DNA from: Chiloscyllium plagiosum
Taxonomy: Eukaryota
Direction: 5' to 3'
DNA: 64,000 nt
Assembly: GCF_004010195.1 (NCBI RefSeq)
Contig: NC_057718.1
Span: 6,876,474-6,940,473 of the forward strand
The first letter of the stretch is position 1. Each line of letters starts with the position of its first letter. A model generated the notes under the pieces. That model had not been told where the DNA came from. It ran no database searches and saw only the letters and a program-made list of their open reading frames with translations. The translations under genes were made by a program, and so were the position numbers. Positions 36,430-48,565 of this stretch are shown here, piece after piece.

Positions 36430-37057
36430 TAGCATATGTGTGCGTCTACACGTGTATCTCTGCATGTGTGAGTGCATGGGTGTTTCTATGAATACATGTG
36501 TACATGTGTCTATATGTGCTTCTGCATGTTTTTGTGTATATGGGTATACATGAGTGTGTGTACATGTAACTGTGCACAAATGAGCATGTGTATGTGTGCA
36601 TATGTATGTTTATACACGTGTATTTATATGCATGTGCTTGTGCATGTGTAAGTGTGGCTGCATTTCTGCACATGTGAATGTGTGTTTATGTACAAATGTG
36701 TGTGTGTTCATGCATGTGTATATGTGCGTACTTGTGCAAGCGCATGAATGTGTGTGTATGTACATATGTATATGTGTACGTACATATGCAAGTGCATTAA
36801 TGTGTGTGTGTATGTCTGTATATACAATGCAAATATATGAATGCGTGTACACGTGTGTCCATGTGCAAGTGTGCGTGTTTGTGTTATTACATTCCCGTAC
36901 ATGTGCATGTGTGTGAATGTGTATGTGTGTACTTGTCTGCACCTGTGTGTATGAGCATACATGTGCAAGTGTGTGAATGTGTTTGTATATGTGTATGTTT
37001 GTCTGTGTGTACTGTGTACATGTGCAAGTGTGTAAATGTATTTGTGTGTATGTGTGT
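36430..37057. repeat. Degenerate (TG/TA)n low-complexity tract
   Basis: Directly visible. Confidence 0.95.
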
Positions 37058-38059
37058 TAACAATGAGAGAAGCCTATGATTGTGTTGAGGACAGGACTGA
37101 TTAAATGATAAAAAGATTGATGGTGTTTGTCAGAAAAGAGAGACAATTTTATTGATATTGGTGGACAATAAAACATTGGCCAGTGCATTAAGTGCACCCA
37201 TATTCATCTTCAGTGTGAATCCAGATGAGCTTGTGGGTGGTGTCACTGAGAGTGCGGCACTTCCTTAATCCTGGACTAGAAACATCGACCATGATAGTGC
37301 ACTCAGGCTGCGAGCATGGGATTATAACCCACTAAACGTGTCTGTCTGTCTGTGTTGAATATAATCATTACGGTTCCACTGTATTCAGAACAGAGGGAAA
37401 GGTGTAAGAAATTTTGAATACATTAATCAACCTGCTCAGACACATTGGGTCAAAATCCAGGAATTCCCTCCCTAAGGACATCATGGGTCAACCCACAGCA
37501 GGTGGACTGCAGTGATTCAAGAAAGCAACTCACCCCCACCTTCTCAAGGGCAACAAGGGATGGGTAATAAATGCTGGGCCCAGCCAGTGATGATTACATC
37601 CCACAAAATAAATAAATAAAAATTAAAATAGTGACACTTATCTGAAGCAAGTGGGACTTGAACATGGGTTTTCTGATCCAGAGTAGAGATGTGATTGTAA
37701 GAGCTCAGCAGCCTGAGCTAATACCCCAGAGTTATTTTGAAAGAAAATGTCCCAGATACAATGTTAAGCTGTAAGAAGTCATTGGTTGGTATGATGCTTT
37801 GAGAAGGTACTCTGCTTGTACACATTGGTTGAAAAATCATAAGTGTGGCCAGATATTTATGGTTCAGAATGAGATTAGGATAGTTACAGGACCAGTTAGA
37901 CATGTGGAGGGCCTAAAGGTCCTAAGGTGTTGACATCACAAGATTGTGCTGAGAAATGAGTTGACATGTCATGCAAAAAAAATCTCCTGAAATACAAATC
38001 AAATATTGTAGATGCTAGAAATCAGAAACAAACACAGAAAGAGTCCAGAAACTAAATGT

Positions 38060-38330
38060 TTAACGTGAGAGGGGAAAGATTTAAATAAGGACCTATGGGG
38101 TAAATTTATCATGCAGAGTGGTGTGTGCATAGAATGAGCTGCCAGAGGAAGTGGTGGAGACTGGTACAATTACAGCATTTAAAAGGCATCTGGATGGGTA
38201 GATGAATAGGAAAGGTTTAGAGGGATATGGGCCAAATGCTGGCAAATGGGACTGGATTAATTTAGGATATCTGGTCAGCAAAGACGAGTTGGACTGAAGG
38301 GTCTATTTCTGTGCTGTAAAAGTCTATGAC
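38060..38330 (+). mobile_element. CR1 3' tail
   Basis: GAATGAGCTGCCAGAGGAAGTGGTGGAG..GGGCCAAATGCTGGCAAATGGGACT. Confidence 0.88.
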
Positions 38331-40419
38331 TTAGTAACACTGGAGAAGCTCAGCAAGTCTGGCAGCACCTGCAGAGACAGAAAAACAGAGTTAACTTTTC
38401 GAGTCCAGTCTGCAAAACTTCAGCGCAGATTCAGAATGTTCAAGTTAACAAGCCAGATATCGGTCAGTGCAGGAAACAGAGATTCATAACATCGGATTAC
38501 ACACATATTGTCAAGATGATAGCAGGGTTACAGACATGAGTGAGCAGGCTGCGTGAACACATTATAACCTAGAGGTCAGAATCTTCAGGAAAAGATGTGA
38601 TTGAGAGAAATGGTTGGCTAGTGAGGTAATTGGAAAGGACTGGACAAAAAAGAATAAAAGTTTTGCTCCCATTGAGCTGTCTGTTCTGGAAAGTTCTTCA
38701 GCAAAACAAAGGTCAGTAAAAATGAAATCAGCTGTGGAACACAGTGGAAAACAGAGAGTCGGACAATATTTTTGACAGTTATGACATCTCCTTTGATGTG
38801 CCAGATTTCTAACGGCTGTGCCTTGCCAGTGAAGTTCACTTAATGAGATTGCAATGGAGAAAAGGAAAGAGAGACTGGCAGGGCTTTGTTTAATACTTTT
38901 TCCACACCTCTCTCCAGTTTTCATCGCAATGTCCAGATTCCTACACTGCTAAAATATGAAAGTCATGTAGTTGGGGAATATAATCGTTTGCCGAATGTAG
39001 GAAGGTTCTGAATTCTACCCTCTGCTCCAAAGGAGATCTCCTCTGATTGGACAATCAACCTGGGTAGTAGGGAGGAGGGATGTTGATTTGGGATAGTCAC
39101 TAAGAGAAGGAGTTGAGTGTCTCAAAGACATTTTGTCCTACAGACGCTTGTGAAACATGGAATTCTCTATTGTCACAGGGATTGAGATATAGACCATTGT
39201 GAATCAGATGGTTAGTTTGAACAAGAAGGCACTAGTGAAAGGATCCTTCCAGAATAGAACCAACACAGTTACTCCAGGCTGTATGGTCTTTCCATCCACA
39301 TCAGGCTTCAACGGTGAGAAAGAATTGATTTTGTATCAAGATTTTACAAATTTGTTCTCGGGACATGGCCATCCCTGGCGAGACCATCATTGATTGCATA
39401 TCCCGAACAGCCCTGTTGGAGTTAGTAGTGAGTAGATTTCTGCAATCTTTGTTAGTATGATACCCATAATGCCCTTATGTAGGGAGCTCCAGGATTTTGG
39501 CCCAACAACACTGAAGGAATCAGCCATACCTTTCCAAGTCAAGAATGTGTAAGGCTGGGATGGGAACTTGTGGGGAGCTAGTGACAATGTCACCTGCAAA
39601 GGTCAAAGAAGGACCAGGAGGTGAAAGTATTGAACAGCAAGAGCTTTATCACTCTAGGCAGCAAGGTTAGATAGCCAATTACATTATCACTATGTCACAT
39701 AATCTTTAAGTGAAAATCCACTATATTTGCACAAATACATGCCATCACCAGATTAGGAATCTAGACATCACATTGAAGTCTGTTCTAAAGTCAAAGTTTC
39801 AAATCCTACTATGGTAGCTGGTGAGATTTGAATTCAGTATAAGAAAGATATGAATTTAAAAATGGTAACTCATCTACATCACATCAAGGGGAGGTAATGG
39901 CCAGGTCGTATTATTGCTAGACTATTAAACTAGAGACCCAGGCAATGTTCTGGGGACCTGGATTCAAATCCAACCATAGTGGTTGTTAATTGAATAAAAA
40001 TCTTGAATTGAGAGTCTAATGATGACCACAGAACCATTATTGATTGCCAGGAGCAAAAGCCTATCTGGTTCACTAATGCCCTTTGAGGATGGGAATCTGC
40101 CATCTTTACCTGCTCTGGCTTTCATGTAAACTCCTGATGCACAAAAAGGTTATTGACTTGCAACTGCACTTTGAAACAGAAGAGAGCTAATGAGTTGGAA
40201 GCTTTATTCCCATGTAAGAATCAAAAGTTTTTGATCTTCTAGGTGGTAGAGATTGAGGGTTTGGGAGGTGATGTTGAACGAGCTTTGGTAAGTTGCCCTC
40301 TTCAGCTTTATTGATTATATTATCCAATAGCAATCACTGTACATTTGGCAGACCTAGAATATTGCTTCACTGTTTGTCTGATTCAAACTCCAACACCGGC
40401 ATCTCCAAATCTTGAGTAG

Positions 40420-40815
40420 TCTCAGTCAGCTATTGTTCTGTGGGTATCAGTCCCCGCTCGCTGTCAGAAGATTGTGAGTTCAAATTCCCTTCGAGAGAGA
40501 GCAATCCAAGTTTTTACTTGACACCTGAACAAGTTCTGCATCACTGGAGATCCTGTCTTTTGAATGGAATGTTCAACCCAGGCCCTGTTAACCAACTCTG
40601 GGGAATAAAGAGGACGAGACAGAGAGCTCACATTACTCAAGCAACAAGTATTCCTGGATAATTGGCATTACTAAAGCAGAGAGTCTCGTTATGATCACAT
40701 TGCTGATTGTGGGAGCTTGCTGTGTATAAACTGGTTACCGTGCTTCCTATATTACAACAATGACTGTACTTCATTGGCACTGACATCCTGAGGTGCTATA
40801 TGAATGCAAGTCCTT
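40420..40815 (+). mobile_element. Ancient Deu-domain-type SINE (SacSINE/AmnSINE-like), decayed; related pieces at ~43600-43780 and ~47430-47680
   Basis: GTCAGAAGATTGTGAGTTCAAAT head; CACATTGCTGATTGTGGGAGCTTGCTGTG..ACAACAATGACTGTACTTCA..TATATGAATGCAAGT tail, matched from memory. Confidence 0.6.
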
Positions 40816-41653
40816 CCCTGCGAAGGATATGGAAACCTTTGTTTGACCTAGAGTACCAATTAAGATAAAGTATTAGCCAGGGCAACTCAGTGCTTCTGAC
40901 GATAGAAAGTCTGGACGTTAACTTTCCCATTTGGTGCTGCCTCCCTTTCCAACTATTTTATGGGGAATAATATTTGATTGCATGAGTCAAAGTTTCCCTT
41001 AAATTAAAAAAAAGTTATACTTGTTTTCAAATTTGACTTTTTGCTTATTTTTTGCAGCTTGCAGGATTTGTAACCTGGTTGTTATGGTATTAATCGAAAG
41101 TCCCCTGAGGCCAGTAGTCTAATTCTGAACTTTTTTGGGTAGGCATGCGGTTGCTGCGCATTTTTCTGGCCACATCCCAGGCTTTCGGCCTGAACGTCCT
41201 GTTAATGTTGACCTAACTTGCTGATGTTGATCTTACCTAGCGCACACCCTGTGCAATGCAACCTAAATGCCTCTGTCTAAGTATGTTTTCACCCTCTGAT
41301 CTGCATGTCTTTGCTTACTATATCCTGCCTGTACTGATTGCAAACAAAGTTTTTTGCTGTAGGTAGGTATACATGGCAATAAATCAATCAAATCATATCA
41401 AATTTCTAAGAAATAGTGTATCTTTCACTGACTAAACATGCTGTTGAGAGGCTCAGTAAAATCGTCCCTGGTGACCTGGCAGTTTAACTGAACCTGTTTG
41501 ACGAGCGGGAAAATGGGGATGAGACCCAATGTTAGCCAAGATATTGAGTGGCCCAGCATTGTTCCAACATTCGGGGGATTTCCTGCCACGTTTAACTTTG
41601 CACCTTGGATATTAAAGGGCCAATGTTGTAAGGATAAAAGCCTTCTTTGATAT

Positions 41654-42951
41654 AAAGTTAAAAATCACACAACACCAAGTTATAGTCATCACGAGGCCAT
41701 CCCCATCCCCGAACCTGGCCATCAGCCTCCGCCTGGCCACACCACGCAAATGCTCGTCCCGAACCCTGTCTCAGAGGACGGCCACCCAAGGCCCGAGGCC
41801 GAACGTCCCGGACCGCTGAAGCGCTCCCTGACAGGGAGGGAATACCCCTGGCCAACGGTTCCCATGCGGTGTCCTTTCATTCGCCACCACAGCCTCCGCT
41901 CGGTCCCGCCAGCGCACCATGCCTCAGGGCATCCCCGCCTCGGCCGGGGCTTTTGGTTTATGTTGCACTGCGGGTGGCCCTGCTGCATTGCGCATTCTGT
42001 CTCTCTCGCACACACATGCGGTCGAGCATACACACAGACACACACATACACCCCCCCACAAACACACACACACACACACACACGTACACACACTCACACA
42101 CAGCCACACACACACATCCTTTCTCTCTCTCTCACACACACATACACATGCTTTCTCTCTCANNNNNNNNNNCCCCTACACAGACACACCCACACGTGCA
42201 CACACTCACATGCACATACACTCACATAGACCCTCTCTCATGCACTAGCTCTCTCTCTCACATATACCCATACATACACACCCCCTACACTCATACCCAC
42301 ACACGACCATCTCATAGACTTATACCCCTTTACACTCTCACATATACGCATACACACATTGTCTCACAGACACTAACACTGCACCCCCCCAACACACACA
42401 CACTCATGCATGCACACACACACACACATACACACAAATGTAAGTTTGTGGGGTGAATTTGTACTTGCAGAATTACATTTTACTTTGCTCAAAAACTGCT
42501 TGAATCCATGTAAGATTCTGTAAATCCCTTTTTTAGAAATAGAATCAGTCTGAACATTGGGGCGCAGACAGTCTCACACAGGGCAACTCACACCTTCAAT
42601 GCATTGTCTGGGCCGACATGGCACCTATTGTTAAAGTTCACTTGACAATGCAAATTCTTAAAAAATGTTCTAGGATATACATATGAAAGAATGAAACCAC
42701 CATGGTCATTCTAAAAGATGAGAGACTTAACAAACAATCCAGGTCTTTTTCAATATATAATTTCAGTTACATCACACTGAAAACTTTTGCTATAAATTCT
42801 ATGTCATACAATCTTATACTCCACAACCACCTCATGAAGTAGCGGCATTCCGAAAGCTAGTGCTTCCAAATAAACCTGTTGGACTACAACCTGGTGTTGT
42901 GTGATTTTTAACTTTGTCCACCCCAGTCCAACACCGGCATCACTAAATAAT
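41654..42951. mobile_element. Rearranged Penelope-like insertion: inverted terminal piece, inverted GIY-YIG segment, then sense 3' region with CA tract and decayed family-A hammerhead
   Basis: 11-bp TSD TTCTTTGATAT at 41643-41653 and 42952-42962; terminal inverted copies of AAAGTTAAAAATCACACAACACC; minus-strand translation GCPEAWCAGGTERRLWWRMKGH..SLPVRERFSGPGRSASGL. A 10-N gap lies at 42163-42172. Confidence 0.88.
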
Positions 42952-43477
42952 TTCTTTGATATCTGAGCCAGTCACTGAATGAGCAGTCTCACGCTGTGAG
43001 ATTTCTGAAAAGAATATTCACTGGAAGTGATCAAGTCTCAATTTCTCCAGATCAAAACAAAAATCAACGTGTGAAGACATAAGCAGGACCAAATTCAAAC
43101 TGCTTTTCGAGACGAAAATGTCAAATGTGAAAAGAACATGTTATCCCTAAAGGACACCATGGATCATTGCAGAACTCCCACTGTGCTTCATCATGTTGAT
43201 GCATTTAGCAAAGAGAAGATAAGTTTCAATCTCACTCCTTGAGACCTGAGCATCAAATATAGATTGTCACTCGAGTGTTACACTGCCTTAGAGGTCTCTT
43301 AGGTAGGCATGAATGATCAATCCCATAACCCCACTCCAATGAAGAATGAGGTGGTTATCCTGAAAATCTGTCCAGTTTTAATTCCTGACTCCACCCCACA
43401 TATGAACCCAATGTCACTGAGACAGAGTTATCTTTAATTCTCAAGCATAGTAAATGGTTGCCATCATCATTATCATT

Positions 43478-43627
43478 AAGTCAGAAGTCACACAACACCA
43501 GGTTATAGTCCAACAGGCAGAAGCAGCGTTCCAAAAGCTTGTGATTTCAAATACAACCTGATGGACTATAACCTGGTGTCATGTGACTTATGACTTTGTC
43601 TACTCCCGTCCAACATGGGCACCTCCA
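43478..43627. mobile_element. Palindromic PLE-end mini-insertion (family A variant)
   Basis: AAGTCACACAACACCAGGTTATAGTCC / GGACTATAACCTGGTGTCATGTGACTT; flanked by CATCATTATCATT direct repeats. Confidence 0.75.
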
Positions 43628-44466
43628 CATCATTATCATTCAGGAAGCCATTAACCTATCGCTGGTTATGGAAGATTGCTGTGCACAAATTGTTTGCCAC
43701 GTCACCAACATTGCAACAAAGACTAGGCTTCAGAGAAATTTCATTGGCTGTCATCCTGTGAAAGTCACTATATAAATGCATTGTTATTTTCTTCACGATT
43801 GTGGACTGCAATCCATCTGTTTCAAATGAGCTTCTCAACATTATCTTGCTGTCCCCATCAAATCCAAAGTGTTACGTGTGCTCTGCCTTTTCAGGTTTGA
43901 ATATCTGATCTCCTCCCTCCCACTCGCCTCTGCGCTGTGTTGGGAACCAACGCCTCAGCTGTTGGCAATGATGTACTGTTTCCATAGTGTTCACAATGGA
44001 TATTCTGTTAATTGCACCATTTATTACAGTGAACATTTTCTCTGGCACAAACTAACTCCCCACGCGTTCTGCAGTGTGTCACTCTCCATATGGCCTTCCA
44101 TGCTTTTCCTTTAATGGACCTTTCCCTTCCTGACATCAACCATTTGTATCCATTGTTGCCCTTTCAATGCTCCTTCCCAGAAACTACACAGCTGCAGTTT
44201 CATGAGGTAAAACCTCAGCGATCTTCTGCTCCAACCTCATTTATCAACATAATCATATCAAATGTTGGAAAGCAGGGCAACAACACTTGCCAGTGTTTTC
44301 CATTTTTATTTTTGCTTTTGTACTCAATCATCTTTAAGCCGTGTCTCAACATTGTCAGCTTGATTGAGCCTCCACTGGATTGGTGGTCTGGGTCTGGTTG
44401 AAGTGTCACGATAGGGGCACTTTGTGGTACAGTCAACTGTCCCATTTGACACAATGGGGACATGCA

Positions 44467-44660
44467 CATGATTTGGAGTTGATGGTGTTGGACCAAGTTA
44501 AAAATCACACAACACCAGGTTATAGTCCAACAGGTTTATTTGGAAGCACTAGCTTTCGGAGCGCTGTTCCTGATTATCTGATGAAGGAGCAGTGCTCCGA
44601 AAACTAATGCTTCCATTTAAACCTGTTGGACTATAACCCTGTTTTTTTTATTTTTAACTG
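44467..44660. mobile_element. Palindromic PLE mini-insertion with hammerhead motif (family A)
   Basis: CTGATGAAGGAGCAGTGCTCCGAAAACTA from 44578, with an opposed partial arm upstream. Confidence 0.8.
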
Positions 44661-45097
44661 GGAATGTGCCCAGTCATTTCAAATTCCAAGGTGTCTTCTA
44701 TAGTTCCCTCACACCGCACCATTGCTATGTTCATGTGTCAGTAGATGCATGGGAACACCCTCCAAGATCATAGAGTCATGGTGTCACCCAGCACAAAAAC
44801 AGACCTTTCGGTCCAACCAGTCCATGCCAACCATAATCCTAAACTAAACTAGCCCCGCCTGCCTGGTCCTGGCCCACATTCCTCCAAACCCGCCCTATTC
44901 ATGTATCCATCCAAATGTCTTTTAAACATTGTAATTGTACGCACATCCACCAGTACCTCAGGAAGTTGACTTCACATACAAGTCAACCGCTGTGTAAAAA
45001 ATCTGCCCCCATGTCTTTTTTAAATCTCTCTCCTCTCATCGTAACAATGTGCCCCTAGTCTTGAAATTCCCCATCCTAGAGAAAAGACAACTACCAT

Positions 45098-45529
45098 GAA
45101 CACCAACTAGCCACAAAAAGACATGACCCTCTCTCACTAGTATCCTCACATATGGATGAGGAAGGACACCACTTCAACTGGGACAATACATCCGTCCTAG
45201 GACAAGCCAAACAAAGACATGCACGAGAATTCCTAGAAGTATGGCATTCCAACCAGAACTCTATCAACAAACACATCAAATTAGACCCCATCTACCACCC
45301 ACTGAGAAGAGGAAAAGGAAGTGACTTCACTACAGGAAATAACATCACCAACCCAAAGAAATCCAAATATATAAATAGAAAGCAGGAATTTTCAGCATTG
45401 CTTCACATGAGTCCACTGAAGATGTTACCTAGTAAGGTAACGAAACATCTGGAAATGAATCTTTCAGCTCAGCGAGCAAACCTACATCCAAAACCTCAAC
45501 CTGAGCTACAAATCTTCCCAAAACTCACT
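45098..45529 (+). mobile_element. Penelope-like 3' end (GIY-YIG C-terminus plus hammerhead) inserted in a minus-strand CR1 tail (~44765-45560)
   Basis: HEHQLATKRHDPLSLVSSHMDEEGHHFNWDNTSVLGQAKQRHAREFLEVWHS..INKHIKLDPIY; TSD AACTACCAT at 45089-45097 and 45530-45538. Confidence 0.9.
45412..45453 (+). ncRNA. Minimal hammerhead ribozyme motif (family C variant)
   Basis: UCCA-CUGAAGA-U-GUUACCU(AGUA)AGGUAAC-GAAA-CA-UC/UGGA: perfect 7-bp stem II and 4-bp stem I. Confidence 0.8.
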
Positions 45530-46606
45530 AACTACCATTAACTTTATCTCTACCCCTCATAAACTTCTGTCAACACATCCTCCTGACTTGAAACTATATC
45601 ACTGTTGCCTCATCATCATTAGGTCAAAATCCTGGAACTCACTCTGCATTGGCATTTTGGGTCTTTATACACCACCTTTACTGCAGTGCTTCAAGGAAGT
45701 GACTCACTGATACTAAGGACAATTAACGATGCACAGTAGCCAGTGACTGGAGGTCATGATTTTTCATGCCCTTTCAACATGCACTAAAGGTCAGAATCAG
45801 AGTGTTCAGGGAGAGCTGCAGGACTGGGGGAATAGCAGAGCTTGGGAACCCTGAGTCCAGCAGGGATTCACACACCAGACTGTTGGTGAATCCAAATTTG
45901 AGACATTGTCAGTGCAGGAGCTAACATAGATCAGACAGGACTTGGGTTGAATCTCTCAATCAAAGATCTTTATCCCCAACAATATGTCTCAGTTTCCATG
46001 CAGCATTGAAATCTCACTAACGATGTGCCTGAGAAAATCCTGGTACTTTTATATTTGTCTTATGGCTAGCTGCACAAAAGCTGAACATTCTGGCATTGGT
46101 ACAGACTTTCCACAATGGATAATGGCAACAGAGGTGATCAAGTGATTTGCCTGAGCATCAGGGAACTATGCAAAGCCAGGAAAGTCATCATCAATTTATG
46201 GTATGTGATATAGGATTACTTGGATGTTGAGGATGTCTCATTCATATTGATGGAAGTGAGAAAAAAGACTGCAGCAACTTTCCCCCGGAGCTGAACTGAA
46301 TTGAAAAGAATCTAGAATCATTGCCTGAGGACAATAAAATGGATTGCATGGTCATGAAGTGGCAAAGTATCTTACAGTGGTTACCATGATTCATCAGACA
46401 GTACTCTGTGTCAGAAAGTTTTCTGAAGGTCACATTCTACTCTCTGTGTAAAACATTTACCTCTCATGGCTTTTTTGAAACTCTCTTGTCTCACCTTAAA
46501 AATGTGCCCCCAGTCTTGAAATTCTCCAGCTTAGGAAAAAGGACGATTGCCATCAAAAAGCCAGCCTGATGCTCCAGGGTTTTATCTTGGGCTAATGATA
46601 CTGTAC

Positions 46607-46816
46607 TGAAAATGTGTTGCTGGAAAAGTGCAGCAGGTCAGGCAGCATCCAAGGAGCAGGAGAATTGATGTTTCGGGCATGTACCCTTCTTCAGGAAGAA
46701 GGGCTCATGCCTGAAACGTCGATTCTCCTGTTCCCTGGATGCTGCCTGACCTGCTGCGCCTTTCCAGCAACACATTTTCAGCTCTGATCTCCAGCATCTG
46801 CAGACCTCACTTTCTC
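46607..46816. mobile_element. Palindromic PLE mini-insertion (family B) with ~85-bp arms
   Basis: TGAAAATGTGTTGCTGGAAA.. / ..TTTCCAGCAACACATTTTCA; 15-bp TSD CTAATGATACTGTAC at 46592-46606 and 46817-46831; minus arm keeps CTGAAGAAGGGTACATGCCCGAAACATC. Confidence 0.9.
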
Positions 46817-46831
46817 CTAATGATACTGTAC

Positions 46832-47405
46832 AGAATCATGGAGTTATACAGCATGAGAACAGATCCTTCAGTCCAACCAGTCCATGTCAAACATTATTCT
46901 CACCTACCTGCTCCAGGCCCATAGCTCCTACTTGTGTCCTTATCCAAATGTCTTTTAGATGTTGTAACCGTACCTGCATTTACCACTTCCTCAGGAAGTT
47001 CATTTCACACGTGAATCACTCTCTGTCTAAAAAAATTGACCCCTCCTCTTTTTTTAAATCTCTCTCCTCTCACCTTAAAAATGTGCTAGGGTTAGAGTAG
47101 TGCTGGAAAAGCACAGCAGGTCAGTGCTTTTTCAGCACTACACTAATCTTGACTCTAATCTCCAGCATCTGCACTTTCGCCTTAAAATTGTGCCCCTTTC
47201 TCTTGAAATCCCCCTTCCTAGGGAAAAGACAACACCATTAACTCCATCTATACCTCTCAATATTTTATAAACCTCTATAAGGCCGAGGCTCAACCTCCTA
47301 CGCTCCAGTGAAAAAATTCTCAGCCCATCCAGCCTTTCTTTGTAACTCAAACCCTCCATACCCGGCAACATCCTGGTAAATCTCTTCCTAACGCTCCTCA
47401 GTTTG
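46832..47405 (-). mobile_element. CR1 3' fragment with a nested PLE mini (~47087-47176)
   Basis: VRKRFTRMLPGMEGLSYKERLDGLRIFSLERRRL..LIEVYKIL. Confidence 0.85.
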
Positions 47406-48229
47406 AAAACATTCTGACAAAAACTCATTTGCTCTCTTGGGTGAATGTAAAAGATTCTATGGCAATATTTTGATGAACAACAGGAGAGATTTTCCCTAGT
47501 ATTCTGGTTAACATTTGTCCCTTAACCAGAATCACACATCATTATCACTGTCATTGTCACATCACCGTTTGTGGGAGCTTTCTGTGTTCCTGTTGACTGC
47601 TGTGTTTCTTCATAACTTCAGAAGCACGTATTTGGCTGTGGAATGCTGTGAATAAACACGATGTAAATGCACATGCTTTCTGTTTCAATGTCCCTTTACT
47701 GTCTTCTCTATTAAAATCTAAAGTTTAACAAATCACAGGTAAATAGGAGCTCAATCCAGAAACATACAGATCCATTTCCCTGTCCTTGTGCATTTGAATT
47801 AGTTTTCATTTATTGATTCTATCTTTGCCCACATTGGAGTTGCCAGTTTTCTGGGTTCTTTGCCAATTCACAGCCAGTTTTAATTCATAAGATGGTAATT
47901 GGCAATGATAGAGCACCATTACATCTGGAGACAGCAAACACGACACAGAATATAATTACCTGCATTGAACTGTCTCTGGCACCAATTTGCCCGTTGCTGA
48001 AATCTTCAGGATATGTCCTCACAGTTTGAAGTGACCCACAACTTAGCTGCATCACCAAAGTTTTAATCTTATTCCTATCCTACTTATATTTAAATTTCTT
48101 AGAGTTACTTGCTTCAACAGAAAACATAATAAATATTGTCAAAGAGCTTCCATTTACCCTACTCAATATTTAATGCCACCCAACAATCTTTCTGCTCATG
48201 TAGCTACATTCTTTCTACTCCTTCATGTT

Positions 48230-48565
48230 AGAATGACAGAATTCTTACAATGTGGAAGCATTCAGCCCATTGAGTCCACACCAAAGAGAATCCCACCCAG
48301 GCCCAGACCCTATCCCTGTAACCCTTCATTTCCCATGGCTAACCCATCTAGCCTACAAATCCCTGTACACCATGGGCAATTTCGCATGGCCAATCCACCT
48401 AACCTGCATATCTTCGGACTGTGAGAGGAAACCGGAGCACCCGGAGGAAACCCATGCAGATACATGGACAACGTGCAAACTCCACACAGACAGTCGCCCA
48501 AGAGTGGAATCAAACCCGGGTCCCTGGTGCTGTTGGGCAGCAGTGCTAACCACTGAGCCACTATA
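48230..48565 (-). mobile_element. HE1-type SINE
   Basis: Minus-strand head GTGGCTCAGTGGTTAGCACTGCTGCC and conserved body. Confidence 0.9.

Noticed and set aside
41690..42010. CpG island or promoter
   Set aside because: The GC/CpG richness is explained by a hypermutated PLE segment inside a TSD-flanked insertion.
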